Virus record (IMG/VR): IMGVR_UViG_3300006616_000044
Location: 1 to 31,986 of that record
Strand: one strand, 5' to 3'
Origin: a virus
Lineage: Duplodnaviria > Caudoviricetes
DNA: 31,986 bases
Part shown: positions 7,116 to 16,039 of the stretch, one piece after another
How positions within the stretch are numbered: position 1 is the stretch's first letter
How the letters are laid out: the number at the start of each line of letters is the position of its first letter
The notes under the pieces: model-generated
Seen by the model: only the letters and a program-made list of their open reading frames with translations
Database searches by the model: none
Told to the model about the DNA's origin: nothing
Translations under genes and position numbers: made by a program

Positions 7116-7331
7116 ACAAATAAAAGAAGACTTCCACATTTTCTTTTTAAAAGTTTGGAGTGGTTTAGTAATCATGAATTTTTGATTTTCGCAAGGTTGT
7201 CTGCTGCAGGTTTCATAAGTCATTTTCTGAATACCAAGCTGCTCCTTTTTTTGATTTAATTAAAGGACATTATGATTAAGTTAAAAGCTAGGGAGGTAGT
7301 CGCCAAAAGAGGGTTGCCTCTCTTTTTTTTT
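7116..7331 (+). ncRNA. Candidate structured small RNA 2 (~215 nt; possibly a shorter form ending at 7252)
   Basis: A -7-like TATCTTTA at 7104-7111. Long stem 7157-7170/7232-7245 followed by T7. Terminator at 7290-7331. T-rich, unlike the coding DNA. Confidence 0.45.
7290..7331 (+). terminator. Intrinsic terminator
   Basis: AGGGAGGTAGTC / GGTTGCCTCTCT 12-bp stem with G-U pairs, 10-nt loop, T tract to 7331. Confidence 0.8.
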
Positions 7332-7366
7332 GAAATTAATTTAAAGTACTTTTGTTATTATTTAAA

Positions 7367-7381
7367 TATTTGTTATATATA
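7367..7381 (+). promoter_or_regulatory. Candidate late promoter TATTTGTTATATATA, copy 1
   Basis: The exact 15-mer is repeated at 16003-16017; both copies precede structural gene blocks. Confidence 0.6.
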
Positions 7382-7386
7382 GAAAT

Positions 7387-8031
7387 ATGAAGTTAACTAT
7401 ACCAACGGAATGGGAAGACATTACAATAGCTAAGTATATAGATTTAAGACCAGTTCTTAATTCTAAATTAAACCCTATAGAAAGAGTTATTAGCATCTTA
7501 GCTGTATTAACTGGAGAGAAGAAAGAAGTTATTAGAAATGTAAGCTTAGAGCAATACAAAGACATCAAAGAGAAGATGAGGTTTCTTGAAACCGAACTCC
7601 CTAAACAACTTGAAAAGAAACGCTTTGAAATAGGTGGCAAATTTTATGAGTTTAAGACTGACGCTAATAAGCTTTTATTTGGTGAGTATATTAACAACAT
7701 GGAGATTCTACAAAGTGCTAAAGATGACGAGGAGGCTGTATTTAATAATCTTCACCATATACTAACTACAATATGTAGACCAGTAGAAAAGAAGTTTCTT
7801 AGATGGAAAGAAATAGAGGTAGACGGAGAGCTGTTAAGAGAAACGGCTGACAACTTTTTACATAATATGCCAATTACAATAGCTTACCCAATAGGTGTTT
7901 TTTTTTACAATCACTTGGGCAACTTAACGGAAGATATAAAAACCTCTTTAGTGGAGGAAGCGGAGAGAAAAGTGAAGGAAGCGGAGAAGGAACTAGCTTC
8001 TCTGAAAGATGGGGATGGTGGTCAACCTTAG
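7387..8031 (+). CDS. Tail assembly chaperone (gpG-like)
   Basis: IPTEWEDITIAKY start; contains a T9 slippery run (GVFF) and a second frame that stays open downstream. Confidence 0.7.
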   Translation: MKLTIPTEWEDITIAKYIDLRPVLNSKLNPIERVISILAVLTGEKKEVIRNVSLEQYKDIKEKMRFLETELPKQLEKKRFEIGGKFYEFKTDANKLLFGEYINNMEILQSAKDDEEAVFNNLHHILTTICRPVEKKFLRWKEIEVDGELLRETADNFLHNMPITIAYPIGVFFYNHLGNLTEDIKTSLVEEAERKVKEAEKELASLKDGDGGQP

Positions 8032-8183
8032 ATAATCTTACTAATAGTCGTATAGACAAATGGGATGAGGTGCTGAATTGGGACGTTATAAAAGCTTTGA
8101 ATGTAGTAGCTTACTATAGTGATAAGCAAAAGATGGAATTAGAAATACATAAAAAACAAATGCAGCAAATGAAGCGAAGATAA
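7905..8183 (+). CDS. -1 frameshift extension of the tail chaperone (gpGT-like, ~265-aa fusion)
   Basis: T TTT TTT at 7899-7905. The -1 frame reads LQSLGQLNGRYKNLFSGG...FSERWGWWSTLDNL...KQMQQMKRR* and ends in TAATG coupled to the next gene. Confidence 0.75.
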   Translation, partial: LQSLGQLNGRYKNLFSGGSGEKSEGSGEGTSFSERWGWWSTLDNLTNSRIDKWDEVLNWDVIKALNVVAYYSDKQKMELEIHKKQMQQMKRR

Positions 8184-8752
8184 TGGCAGACCAATTAGAC
8201 ATATTTGGATTTGACGCTAGTCAATTAGAGGCTGTTAAAATAGATAAGCCTAAAAACGTTGCTGAGGTGTTTAATAACATTGCTGCTGACATGGTCTACT
8301 GTTTACAGCAATCAGTTAGAAAAGAAAAGTTAGTCTATCAAGGCAACCTTGAAAAGTCTATTAAAATGCCTGTTAAGTTATTTGGTCAAAAGATGGTTGC
8401 TACATTATACATGGCTGAATATTATGACTATGTCAATAAAGGGGTTAGAGGTATAGGCGGAAAGAAAAAGACTAAAGACGAATACTGGAACATTAAAGCT
8501 CCAGACAGTCCTTATCAATTTAAGAAAGGTCCTAGCGTTAGTCATATAAGACAATGGGCTAAAAGCAAAGGAATAAATGAATACATAGCTAGAAACTTTA
8601 TAGCTTATGAAGGAATTAGACCTAGACACTTTTTTGACAACTGTATGAAAGAGACTTTTTATGGTGAGGCATTTAACAAATTTAAGACAGACATAAGAAT
8701 AGTGGCGGGCGAGAAAGTAACAAAAGGATTAAAAGAAATAATTAAAAAATGA
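8183..8752 (+). CDS. Putative tail completion / neck protein (HK97 gp10-like)
   Basis: GNLEKSI...YYDYVNKGVRG...GIRPRHFF pattern; position within the tail block. Confidence 0.55.
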   Translation: MADQLDIFGFDASQLEAVKIDKPKNVAEVFNNIAADMVYCLQQSVRKEKLVYQGNLEKSIKMPVKLFGQKMVATLYMAEYYDYVNKGVRGIGGKKKTKDEYWNIKAPDSPYQFKKGPSVSHIRQWAKSKGINEYIARNFIAYEGIRPRHFFDNCMKETFYGEAFNKFKTDIRIVAGEKVTKGLKEIIKK

Positions 8753-10095
8753 GTTTAGAAGTAAGATATATCCCACAAAACTACAGGACAGTTTATAACC
8801 CTGTTGAGGTAGTTGTATATGAAACAAGCGCAACGGTTAGAGCTTATGATGGCTTTGCCTATTTACTTGACTTAAAAGACGGAGCTACTCTAGTAGGTAG
8901 GTTAAAAGTCCCACCAACTACAGGCGGCTTTGGTCGTTTTGATTTGTCTGGTATTATGGAGAGTTATTTAAGTAGTGACATAGGCGCTTTAAATACTTCT
9001 AACATTGAGGGAATGTCTAACAACCCAAACAGCTGGAAATCTTTTACTATTGAATTAGGCTATATTCACTACAATGGAGGAAGCCCAACGGTAAGCATTC
9101 CTAGAAGCTTCTTATTGCCTGGTGAAGAGGAGACTGTAACCTCAACCACTCTAATAGTATTTAATGGTAGTTTAGCAAACTATAGAAGAGACATAGAAAA
9201 CTTTTATGACTGGCAAGCTACTGACTACTATAAGCTTTACACTGACGGAACATCTGCGGGAGTATATGACAGAAAGTGGTTAACTCATCAGCCTAACTAT
9301 TCAGCAAATCATAAGAGTAATGTAAGCACTCAAATAACAGACGAAGGTTATACTTACTTTTTATATGACCACGCCACTCACCCAGTAGACAGATATAGAG
9401 TAGACGAATATAACGCTGCCGGAACTATTATTTCAAATGCCGTTATTCAAAAGCCTGCGGGTGTTACAGACGCACATTGTAAAGTGGCTGGTTATCCATC
9501 AACAATTAATGACATTGCAGCGGCTGAATTAATATCTGGCTCTCAACCTATTATATCAACATCAGCAACTTCTTATTCTTTAGTATTAATGAATGGAGCA
9601 GTAAACCAATCCGAAAGAATTTACTTTAATATTGACAGCGTTTGTAGATATGAGACTAGACGCATTGAGTTTTTAAACAGTCTCGGAGGCTTCGACTATT
9701 TCAACTTCACTAAGGTTTCTAGACATTCAGAGGAAATAGAAAGAAAGTTTTTCAAGACTACTCCTGACGATTTATCAGCGACAGGCTCAATAGACTACTC
9801 AATAGCAAACAGAGAAAAGGTCCAATACTATACTAAGTCAATGCCTAAGATGAAACTAAATTCTGACTGGATAGGCTATGAGACTTTTAACTGGCTACTA
9901 GAATTAATAGAAAGTCCTGAGATATATTTAATTGATAGTTTCACTAATGATAAGACTGGAGCTGTTTCTAGTAGACGAATACCAGTTAAAAACATTGTTG
10001 AAAATTGGGAAGAAAAAAGACAAGATACTGACCAACTATTTAACTTAGAGATTAATTTAGAGTTTGGAATGGATAACTTTAGACAAAGATTTTAA
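8749..10095 (+). CDS. Tail tip structural protein (distal tail-like)
   Basis: C-terminal FLNSLGGFDYFNF...ELIESPEIY pattern; precedes the large tail protein. Confidence 0.55.
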   Translation: MSLEVRYIPQNYRTVYNPVEVVVYETSATVRAYDGFAYLLDLKDGATLVGRLKVPPTTGGFGRFDLSGIMESYLSSDIGALNTSNIEGMSNNPNSWKSFTIELGYIHYNGGSPTVSIPRSFLLPGEEETVTSTTLIVFNGSLANYRRDIENFYDWQATDYYKLYTDGTSAGVYDRKWLTHQPNYSANHKSNVSTQITDEGYTYFLYDHATHPVDRYRVDEYNAAGTIISNAVIQKPAGVTDAHCKVAGYPSTINDIAAAELISGSQPIISTSATSYSLVLMNGAVNQSERIYFNIDSVCRYETRRIEFLNSLGGFDYFNFTKVSRHSEEIERKFFKTTPDDLSATGSIDYSIANREKVQYYTKSMPKMKLNSDWIGYETFNWLLELIESPEIYLIDSFTNDKTGAVSSRRIPVKNIVENWEEKRQDTDQLFNLEINLEFGMDNFRQRF

Positions 10096-10097
10096 AC

Positions 10098-10211
10098 ATG
10101 GATAAGAAAGAAACTGAATTTGATAAAATGCTAAGGGAGCTGGCTAAGAAAGAAGTTCCAGAAAGACAATGCAGTATTGACGATGAAGACTGCGAAAGCT
10201 GTGGAGCATAA
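10098..10211 (+). CDS. 37-aa peptide ending CSIDDEDCESCGA
   Basis: Read manually: MDKKETEFDKMLRELAKKEVPERQCSIDDEDCESCGA; TAATG-coupled to the next gene. Confidence 0.7.
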   Translation: MDKKETEFDKMLRELAKKEVPERQCSIDDEDCESCGA

Positions 10212-13200
10212 TGTTAAAAGAAGAATTATATATCAACGGGGAAAGCGTAGAGTTAATAGAGTCATTAAACCCTAATCTAACTTTCAATATTGCTGACATA
10301 GCAAAGCCAGACACTAGACAGGCTGACTTTTCAAAGACTATTAAGCTACCAGCTAGTAAAAAGATTAATAAAATATTCGAACACATCTTTGAATTAGGCG
10401 CAGATTTGCAAACATTTAACCCTAATCTAAAGACTGACGTTATATATTTAGTTAATGGTGAGACTCAAATAGACGGCTATTTACAAATAAAAAGCATAAG
10501 CGAAACAGACGGAGAGATAGTCTATAATTGTGTTATAATTGGTAGAGTAGGAAACTTCATAGCTGACCTAAATGACAATGAACTAACAGACTTAGACTTA
10601 AGCTCTTTAGACCACGTATATAATAAAACAAACCAGGCGGCAACTTGGAACTATCCATTGACTACAGACTATGTCTACCCTATGATTAACTATGATATTA
10701 ATTATGGAGGGACTGCTTTAGGATATTCTGAAAACTGGACAGTTGAAGATTTTTTCCCAGCTATTAAAACGAAGAAATATATAGACGCTATTTTCTCAGC
10801 CGCTGGCTATACATTTACTTCTAACTTTTTTGATAGCACTTATTTTAACAGTTTAATTATTCCCTTTAGCTCAAAGAATTTTGTTTTAGGAGAGACTCCT
10901 GTTTTAACAAGAATTTTTGAAGCCAATACTCCAAAGATACAGTCTACATCAAACACTTATGTGAATCCAACTGAATCTTCTGACCCTACATCGTTTGGAC
11001 AAGAGCCAATAGTTTACATAACAGAAGTAAGAGACTCAGGAAATGTTTATAATAATTCTACAGGTGTCTTTGAAATACAAGCTGGAAAAAATGGATATTA
11101 TGATATAACTTCAATGCTTCAACTTCAAGGTGAATTTACAGCTCCAAGCGGAACTCCAAATACAGGTTCTACTTATACTCTATCTTCTGGAATAGGAGGC
11201 TTTATTCAAGTAAACAAATATAATTCAAGCGGAGTTTTTGTTTCTACATTAGACGAAATAAGTTATGTTATAACAGATGTTACTACTACTATATCTCCAG
11301 GCGCTACTTTAGTTACAGCGGCAGCGCCTACAACTGCTTCTATTAATTATCATTCTGCTGGTTTTGCTGTAAATGGTATAACTAATGAGGGGTTTTTAAG
11401 CAATGACTTTTGGAACTCAAATTCTATTTGTAATAAATTTAGTGTAACTGCTTCAAATATATATTTAGAAGTAGGAGAAAAAGTTAAAATAGAATTATTG
11501 TATTCGTCAAAGCCTTTATTATATTTTGTAAATCAAAACAATTTTGGTTGGTTTAAAGACTCTGGATATTCAGGAGCTAATTTGTCTGACTTTTATTCAG
11601 GAGGTTCATATAAATTAAATATATTAAGCGGATATGCTAAAACAGAATTAATAAATAGAAATATTATTGAAGGCAATACTGTAGACATGTCTAATTCTGT
11701 ACCTAGAAAAGTAAAACAAAAAGAATTTTTTATGTCGTTGGTTAAGATGTTTAATTTATACGTACAGCCAGACCCAAACAATAAAAAGAATTTACTTATA
11801 GAACCTAGAGACGACTTTTATAGTAATGACATTATAGACTGGTCTACTAAATTAGATAAATCTCAGGCTTTAGAAAGTAACCCTATGGGAGCTTTAAATG
11901 CTAGAGAATATTTATATACTTATAAACAAGACAAAGATTATTATAATGATTTATATTTTAATAGCTGGAATGAGGTTTATGGTCAACAGGATTTTAAAAT
12001 AAATAATGAATTTATAAAGAACACTCATAAGACTGAAGTAATATTTTCGCCAACTCCTAATGTTGGTCAATATTGGTACGATAGAGTTCTCCCTACAATA
12101 ATAAAGTTTGACGATAAAAATGGTGTTCAAAGAACAGAATCAAATATTAGAATATTACAATGGGGAGGCATGAAATCAACTGGTCAGCAATGGCTACATA
12201 ATGATAAAAGCGGAACAGGAACAGTCTACACTACTTACCCCTATTCTGGAATGTATAACGACCCTTATACACCTACAGAGCTTTTAGAGTTTGACATCAC
12301 AAATGAAATTTATTATTCTAATGTATTTGACAAAATAGTAACATTTTCAAACAATACTTTATTTAATAAATACTATGTTAAATTCATTAATGAAATAACA
12401 GACGTTAATAGTAAGATAGTAAGTGGTTATTTTTATTTGACTCCTTCAGACGTTAAAAACTTAAGCTTTAAAAAACAATATTATTTTGGCGGTCAATATT
12501 TTAGACTTAATAAAGTTGAAAATTATAACCCTAGTAACCCGCTGACAAAATGTGAATTTTTAAAATTAAAACAAGCTCAGGTATTTACTCCAACAGCCTC
12601 ACAGTCTCATGGAGGTAGTGGAATATCTATTGGAGATAGTACAGCGGCTTTATTTGCTATAGGCTCTTCAGAATTAAGAAACAGAAATGTAGTTGGAAAC
12701 TTAGACCATAATGTTAGCGGTCAGGATAACTACGTCAATAAGAGTGCTATTTCTGTTAGTATTACAGGAGATTCAAATAAAATTTTTAGCAATACAAGAA
12801 ACATTGTTATAAGTGGTTCAAATAACACTGTTGAATCTGGCTGTCAAAATGTTCAATTAATAAACACAGACGGGCAAACAGTAACCACTTCAAATGTTAC
12901 TTATGTTAATAATGAAATAAACGGAACGGGAGCAGCAAAAACAATAACAGGCTTAACAAAAGCTAATTTAAATGTACAGGTTTATTTTTGTGATTCAAGT
13001 GGAGGCAGTTTTACAGTAGACTTTTCTCCTACTGTTGACATCACTATAGGCAAGTCTTGGACGTTTAAGAAAGTAAGTTCTAGTAATCAAGTAACTATAG
13101 ACGCTTCTACAATTGGCACAACTATAGACGGCTCAAATACTTACACACTGTCAAGTCAATATAAGTATGTTACTATACAATGGGACGGAGCAGAATTTTT

Positions 13201-13219
13201 AATCACATCAAATAATTAA
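10211..13219 (+). CDS. Large tail tip / hub protein with C-terminal beta-rich fibre domains
   Basis: 1002 aa. N-terminal IADIAKPDTRQADFSKTIKLP hub-like region, G-x-x-N beta-helix repeats, and a terminal IDGSNTYTL module. Confidence 0.65.
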   Translation: MLKEELYINGESVELIESLNPNLTFNIADIAKPDTRQADFSKTIKLPASKKINKIFEHIFELGADLQTFNPNLKTDVIYLVNGETQIDGYLQIKSISETDGEIVYNCVIIGRVGNFIADLNDNELTDLDLSSLDHVYNKTNQAATWNYPLTTDYVYPMINYDINYGGTALGYSENWTVEDFFPAIKTKKYIDAIFSAAGYTFTSNFFDSTYFNSLIIPFSSKNFVLGETPVLTRIFEANTPKIQSTSNTYVNPTESSDPTSFGQEPIVYITEVRDSGNVYNNSTGVFEIQAGKNGYYDITSMLQLQGEFTAPSGTPNTGSTYTLSSGIGGFIQVNKYNSSGVFVSTLDEISYVITDVTTTISPGATLVTAAAPTTASINYHSAGFAVNGITNEGFLSNDFWNSNSICNKFSVTASNIYLEVGEKVKIELLYSSKPLLYFVNQNNFGWFKDSGYSGANLSDFYSGGSYKLNILSGYAKTELINRNIIEGNTVDMSNSVPRKVKQKEFFMSLVKMFNLYVQPDPNNKKNLLIEPRDDFYSNDIIDWSTKLDKSQALESNPMGALNAREYLYTYKQDKDYYNDLYFNSWNEVYGQQDFKINNEFIKNTHKTEVIFSPTPNVGQYWYDRVLPTIIKFDDKNGVQRTESNIRILQWGGMKSTGQQWLHNDKSGTGTVYTTYPYSGMYNDPYTPTELLEFDITNEIYYSNVFDKIVTFSNNTLFNKYYVKFINEITDVNSKIVSGYFYLTPSDVKNLSFKKQYYFGGQYFRLNKVENYNPSNPLTKCEFLKLKQAQVFTPTASQSHGGSGISIGDSTAALFAIGSSELRNRNVVGNLDHNVSGQDNYVNKSAISVSITGDSNKIFSNTRNIVISGSNNTVESGCQNVQLINTDGQTVTTSNVTYVNNEINGTGAAKTITGLTKANLNVQVYFCDSSGGSFTVDFSPTVDITIGKSWTFKKVSSSNQVTIDASTIGTTIDGSNTYTLSSQYKYVTIQWDGAEFLITSNN

Positions 13220-13222
13220 GAC

Positions 13223-15361
13223 ATGGCTGAAACAATAGCTTTAGAATTAGAATTAGGAACAGGAAAAGCAGTCAATAGCTTAGGTGAATTAGAGTCAGCC
13301 TCTAAAAAAGTTAATAAAGCTCTTTCAAATACTAAAGGACCTCAAACTTTAGAAAAAAGATTAGACGCTTTAAATAGAGAGATTGCAGAAACTCCCGTCA
13401 ACATTAGGGCGATGAATAAGCAGATACAAGAGTATCAGGCTATAGCTTTAGAAGCTGGGAGAACTTCACCAATAGGAAAAGCAGCACTACAACAGGCGGC
13501 TGCTATGAAAGACAGATATATAGATATTCAGAACGAGGTTAACCGTTTAGCTAATGACGGAATGAAATTACAAGCGGCTTTAGATTTAGGAACTTCTGTA
13601 GTTGCTGGCTATACAGCTTTTCAAAGTGCTTTAGCTTTGGCTGGTGTTGAAAGTGAAGAGCTACAAAAAACTCTAGTTAAGTTACAAGCTGCTACTTCAT
13701 TATTAGTCTCTGTAGAAACAATTAGAAAGAATTTAGAAAAAGAATCTACATTGGTATTAATGGCTAAAAATGTAGTTCAAAAAACATCTAACGCTTTAAC
13801 AGTAGTAGCTACGGCTGTCACTAAAGGTCTAGGGGTGTCTGTTAATACTACGTCAGTAGCTTTTAAAGGATTAAAGACAGCAATCGCAGCGACAGGAATC
13901 GGGCTTCTAGCTGTTGGCATTGGTTTACTAGTTGCAAATTTTGAAGACATTAAAAACGCTATAACTGGCATAAGTAAAGCGCAAAGAAATAGAGTAGCAG
14001 ACGCACAATCTTTAGCAGACTCAGCAGCTAAAGAGGCTGAAATGACTGACTTGCAAATTAACAATTTAAAGCTACAAGGAGCGACAGAAGAGCAAATAGT
14101 AAAGTTTAGAATGAAAGCTTTACAAAAGCAGATTGACGCACAACTTCTTTTGATAGAATCTCAGGAGGAACTTAATGCTGCTCAAATTGCTGGAACTATG
14201 GACTGGCAAGATACTTTATCAACTGTGTTAGAGTGGTATTTAAAAATTATTGGAATAGTTCCTAGAAGTATAGCTTTTATATTTGAAGAGGCGACTGGTC
14301 TAATAAATACACTATTTAATCAAATTCAAAACACAAGCGTTGGGAAGATGTTATTTGGAGATGAGCCTATTGACATACAACTAAATACTCAAGACATGCT
14401 TGATGAGTTAATTGAGTATAGTGCAGATTGGGTAGCTGAGTTAGTCTTTGATGCTGGAGAGGTAGCTGAGGAAGGACAAAAAACCGTTGACGCTATGAAG
14501 ATGAAAGCGGAAGAAATGAAGAGCGCAATGGCTGGTCTTAATTTAGAGTTAAAAGGCATAAGAGACCAAGACGCTAAAGACGCTAAAGCCACCAGAGATA
14601 AAGCAGCAGAAGAGACTCAAAAAGAAAGGGATAGAGAGCTAGAGAGATTTAATAAATTTTTATTACAAAAAGAAGGACTTGAAAATGCTTACTTAGACAG
14701 TTTATTAAGTAAACAAATACAAGAAGAAAACGCTGTCAGAGATAAATATAATAATTTAATAGAATTAGCTAAGATATACGGAGACGATACTAAAATACTT
14801 GAAGAGGCTAGAGCGTCTGAAATAAGTGCTATTCAAAAGAAATATGATTTAGAGGAGTTAAAAAGAGAGCAAGCTGTAGAAGACGCTAAGCTACAAATGA
14901 CTCAAGACGGAATAGGAGCTTTAATGAATTTAACTTCTGCTTTCGCTAAAGACAATGAAAAGAGTCAAAAGAGAGCTTTTGAAATTAATAAAAAACTACA
15001 AATAGCTCAGGCATTAATAGCAACTTTTCAGGGAGCTAATGCTATATTCGCAACCTCAGCAGCTAACCCCGCTAGTATTTTATTTCCTGGTCAACCTTTT
15101 GTTATGGCTGGTTTAGCAATTGCTAACGGTCTGGCTAATGTGGCTACAATATCTAAACAACAATTTCAGACTTCAAGTCCTGGAGGAGGTGAGCAACAGC
15201 TCCCAAATTTAGCTCAAGGTGGAGGACCAGCGCCAACACTACAGCCAGCTAATACTAGCATGTTAGTCCCTCAGCAACAAAGTCAAGTATTTGTCACAGA
15301 GACAGACATAACATCAACACAAAATCAAGTAGCGGTTATTCAAGGACAAGCTACATTTTAA
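13223..15361 (+). CDS. Tape measure protein
   Basis: 712 aa, Ala/Leu-rich and helical; hydrophobic KTAIAATGIGLLAVGIGLL segment. Confidence 0.85.
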   Translation: MAETIALELELGTGKAVNSLGELESASKKVNKALSNTKGPQTLEKRLDALNREIAETPVNIRAMNKQIQEYQAIALEAGRTSPIGKAALQQAAAMKDRYIDIQNEVNRLANDGMKLQAALDLGTSVVAGYTAFQSALALAGVESEELQKTLVKLQAATSLLVSVETIRKNLEKESTLVLMAKNVVQKTSNALTVVATAVTKGLGVSVNTTSVAFKGLKTAIAATGIGLLAVGIGLLVANFEDIKNAITGISKAQRNRVADAQSLADSAAKEAEMTDLQINNLKLQGATEEQIVKFRMKALQKQIDAQLLLIESQEELNAAQIAGTMDWQDTLSTVLEWYLKIIGIVPRSIAFIFEEATGLINTLFNQIQNTSVGKMLFGDEPIDIQLNTQDMLDELIEYSADWVAELVFDAGEVAEEGQKTVDAMKMKAEEMKSAMAGLNLELKGIRDQDAKDAKATRDKAAEETQKERDRELERFNKFLLQKEGLENAYLDSLLSKQIQEENAVRDKYNNLIELAKIYGDDTKILEEARASEISAIQKKYDLEELKREQAVEDAKLQMTQDGIGALMNLTSAFAKDNEKSQKRAFEINKKLQIAQALIATFQGANAIFATSAANPASILFPGQPFVMAGLAIANGLANVATISKQQFQTSSPGGGEQQLPNLAQGGGPAPTLQPANTSMLVPQQQSQVFVTETDITSTQNQVAVIQGQATF

Positions 15362-15372
15362 ATAAAATACAA

Positions 15373-15978
15373 ATGGAAAATACAGAATTATTAGAGTTAA
15401 TTATAGAGGAAGAAGACGAGTCAGGAGTAGATTATATCGCACTAGTTGACCATCCAGCCATAGAATCAGAATGGATGTCTTTTAAAAAAGAAGAGGTTAA
15501 ACAAGCTTTTAAAATAGAAAACGAAGAAAAGCGTATTGTAAGCGGTTATTTTATGAAGGCTGATTTACCTATAATAAGACTAAACGACCAAAACGAAAAA
15601 TATTATGTTGTCTTTAGAAGAGAGACTATTGAGAAAATAGTTAATAAATTCTTTAAGAATGGCTACAACGCTAACGTTAATTTAATGCATGACAACAACT
15701 TACAAGCTAAAGGAGTGTATGTTATAGAGTCATTAATTATAGATTCTAAAAGAGGCATAAAAGCGCCTAAAGGTTTTGAAGATGCGCCAGACGGTAGTTG
15801 GTGGGGTTCTATGAGAGTAGAGTCTGACGAGATTTGGGAAATGGTTAAAGACGGAAGCTTTAGAGGTTTTAGTGTGGAAGGTATGTTTGGACAAGCTAAG
15901 ACTGTTAAATACCCAGTAAGTCTTATAAATAAAATTAGAGACGTTATAAAGAAATATAAAGAAAGAAAAAAATATTAA
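15373..15978 (+). CDS. Prohead protease (XkdF-like phage serine protease)
   Basis: IALVDHPAIE, NLMH, GSWWGSMRV...WEMVKDGSFRGFSVEG; upstream of scaffold and capsid. Confidence 0.8.
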   Translation: MENTELLELIIEEEDESGVDYIALVDHPAIESEWMSFKKEEVKQAFKIENEEKRIVSGYFMKADLPIIRLNDQNEKYYVVFRRETIEKIVNKFFKNGYNANVNLMHDNNLQAKGVYVIESLIIDSKRGIKAPKGFEDAPDGSWWGSMRVESDEIWEMVKDGSFRGFSVEGMFGQAKTVKYPVSLINKIRDVIKKYKERKKY

Positions 15979-16002
15979 CATTTAAATTGTGAAACTATCA
16001 AT

Positions 16003-16017
16003 TATTTGTTATATATA
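16003..16017 (+). promoter_or_regulatory. Candidate late promoter TATTTGTTATATATA, copy 2
   Basis: Identical to 7367-7381; ends 22 nt before the scaffold start codon. Confidence 0.6.
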
Positions 16018-16039
16018 ATAATGTAAAAAATTTTTTATT

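Noticed and set aside
7086-7223. 45-codon minus-strand ORF (MTYETCSRQPC...)
   Set aside because: It would be the only minus-strand gene, and the G-U-rich stems and T tracts are oriented for + strand RNA. Kept only as an alternative explanation.
7053-7259. 68-aa + strand ORF (MIHVYFTF...)
   Set aside because: GTG start inside the ACGT array, Phe/Leu-rich product expected from T-rich DNA, and overlap with hairpin and promoter-like signals; better explained as non-coding.
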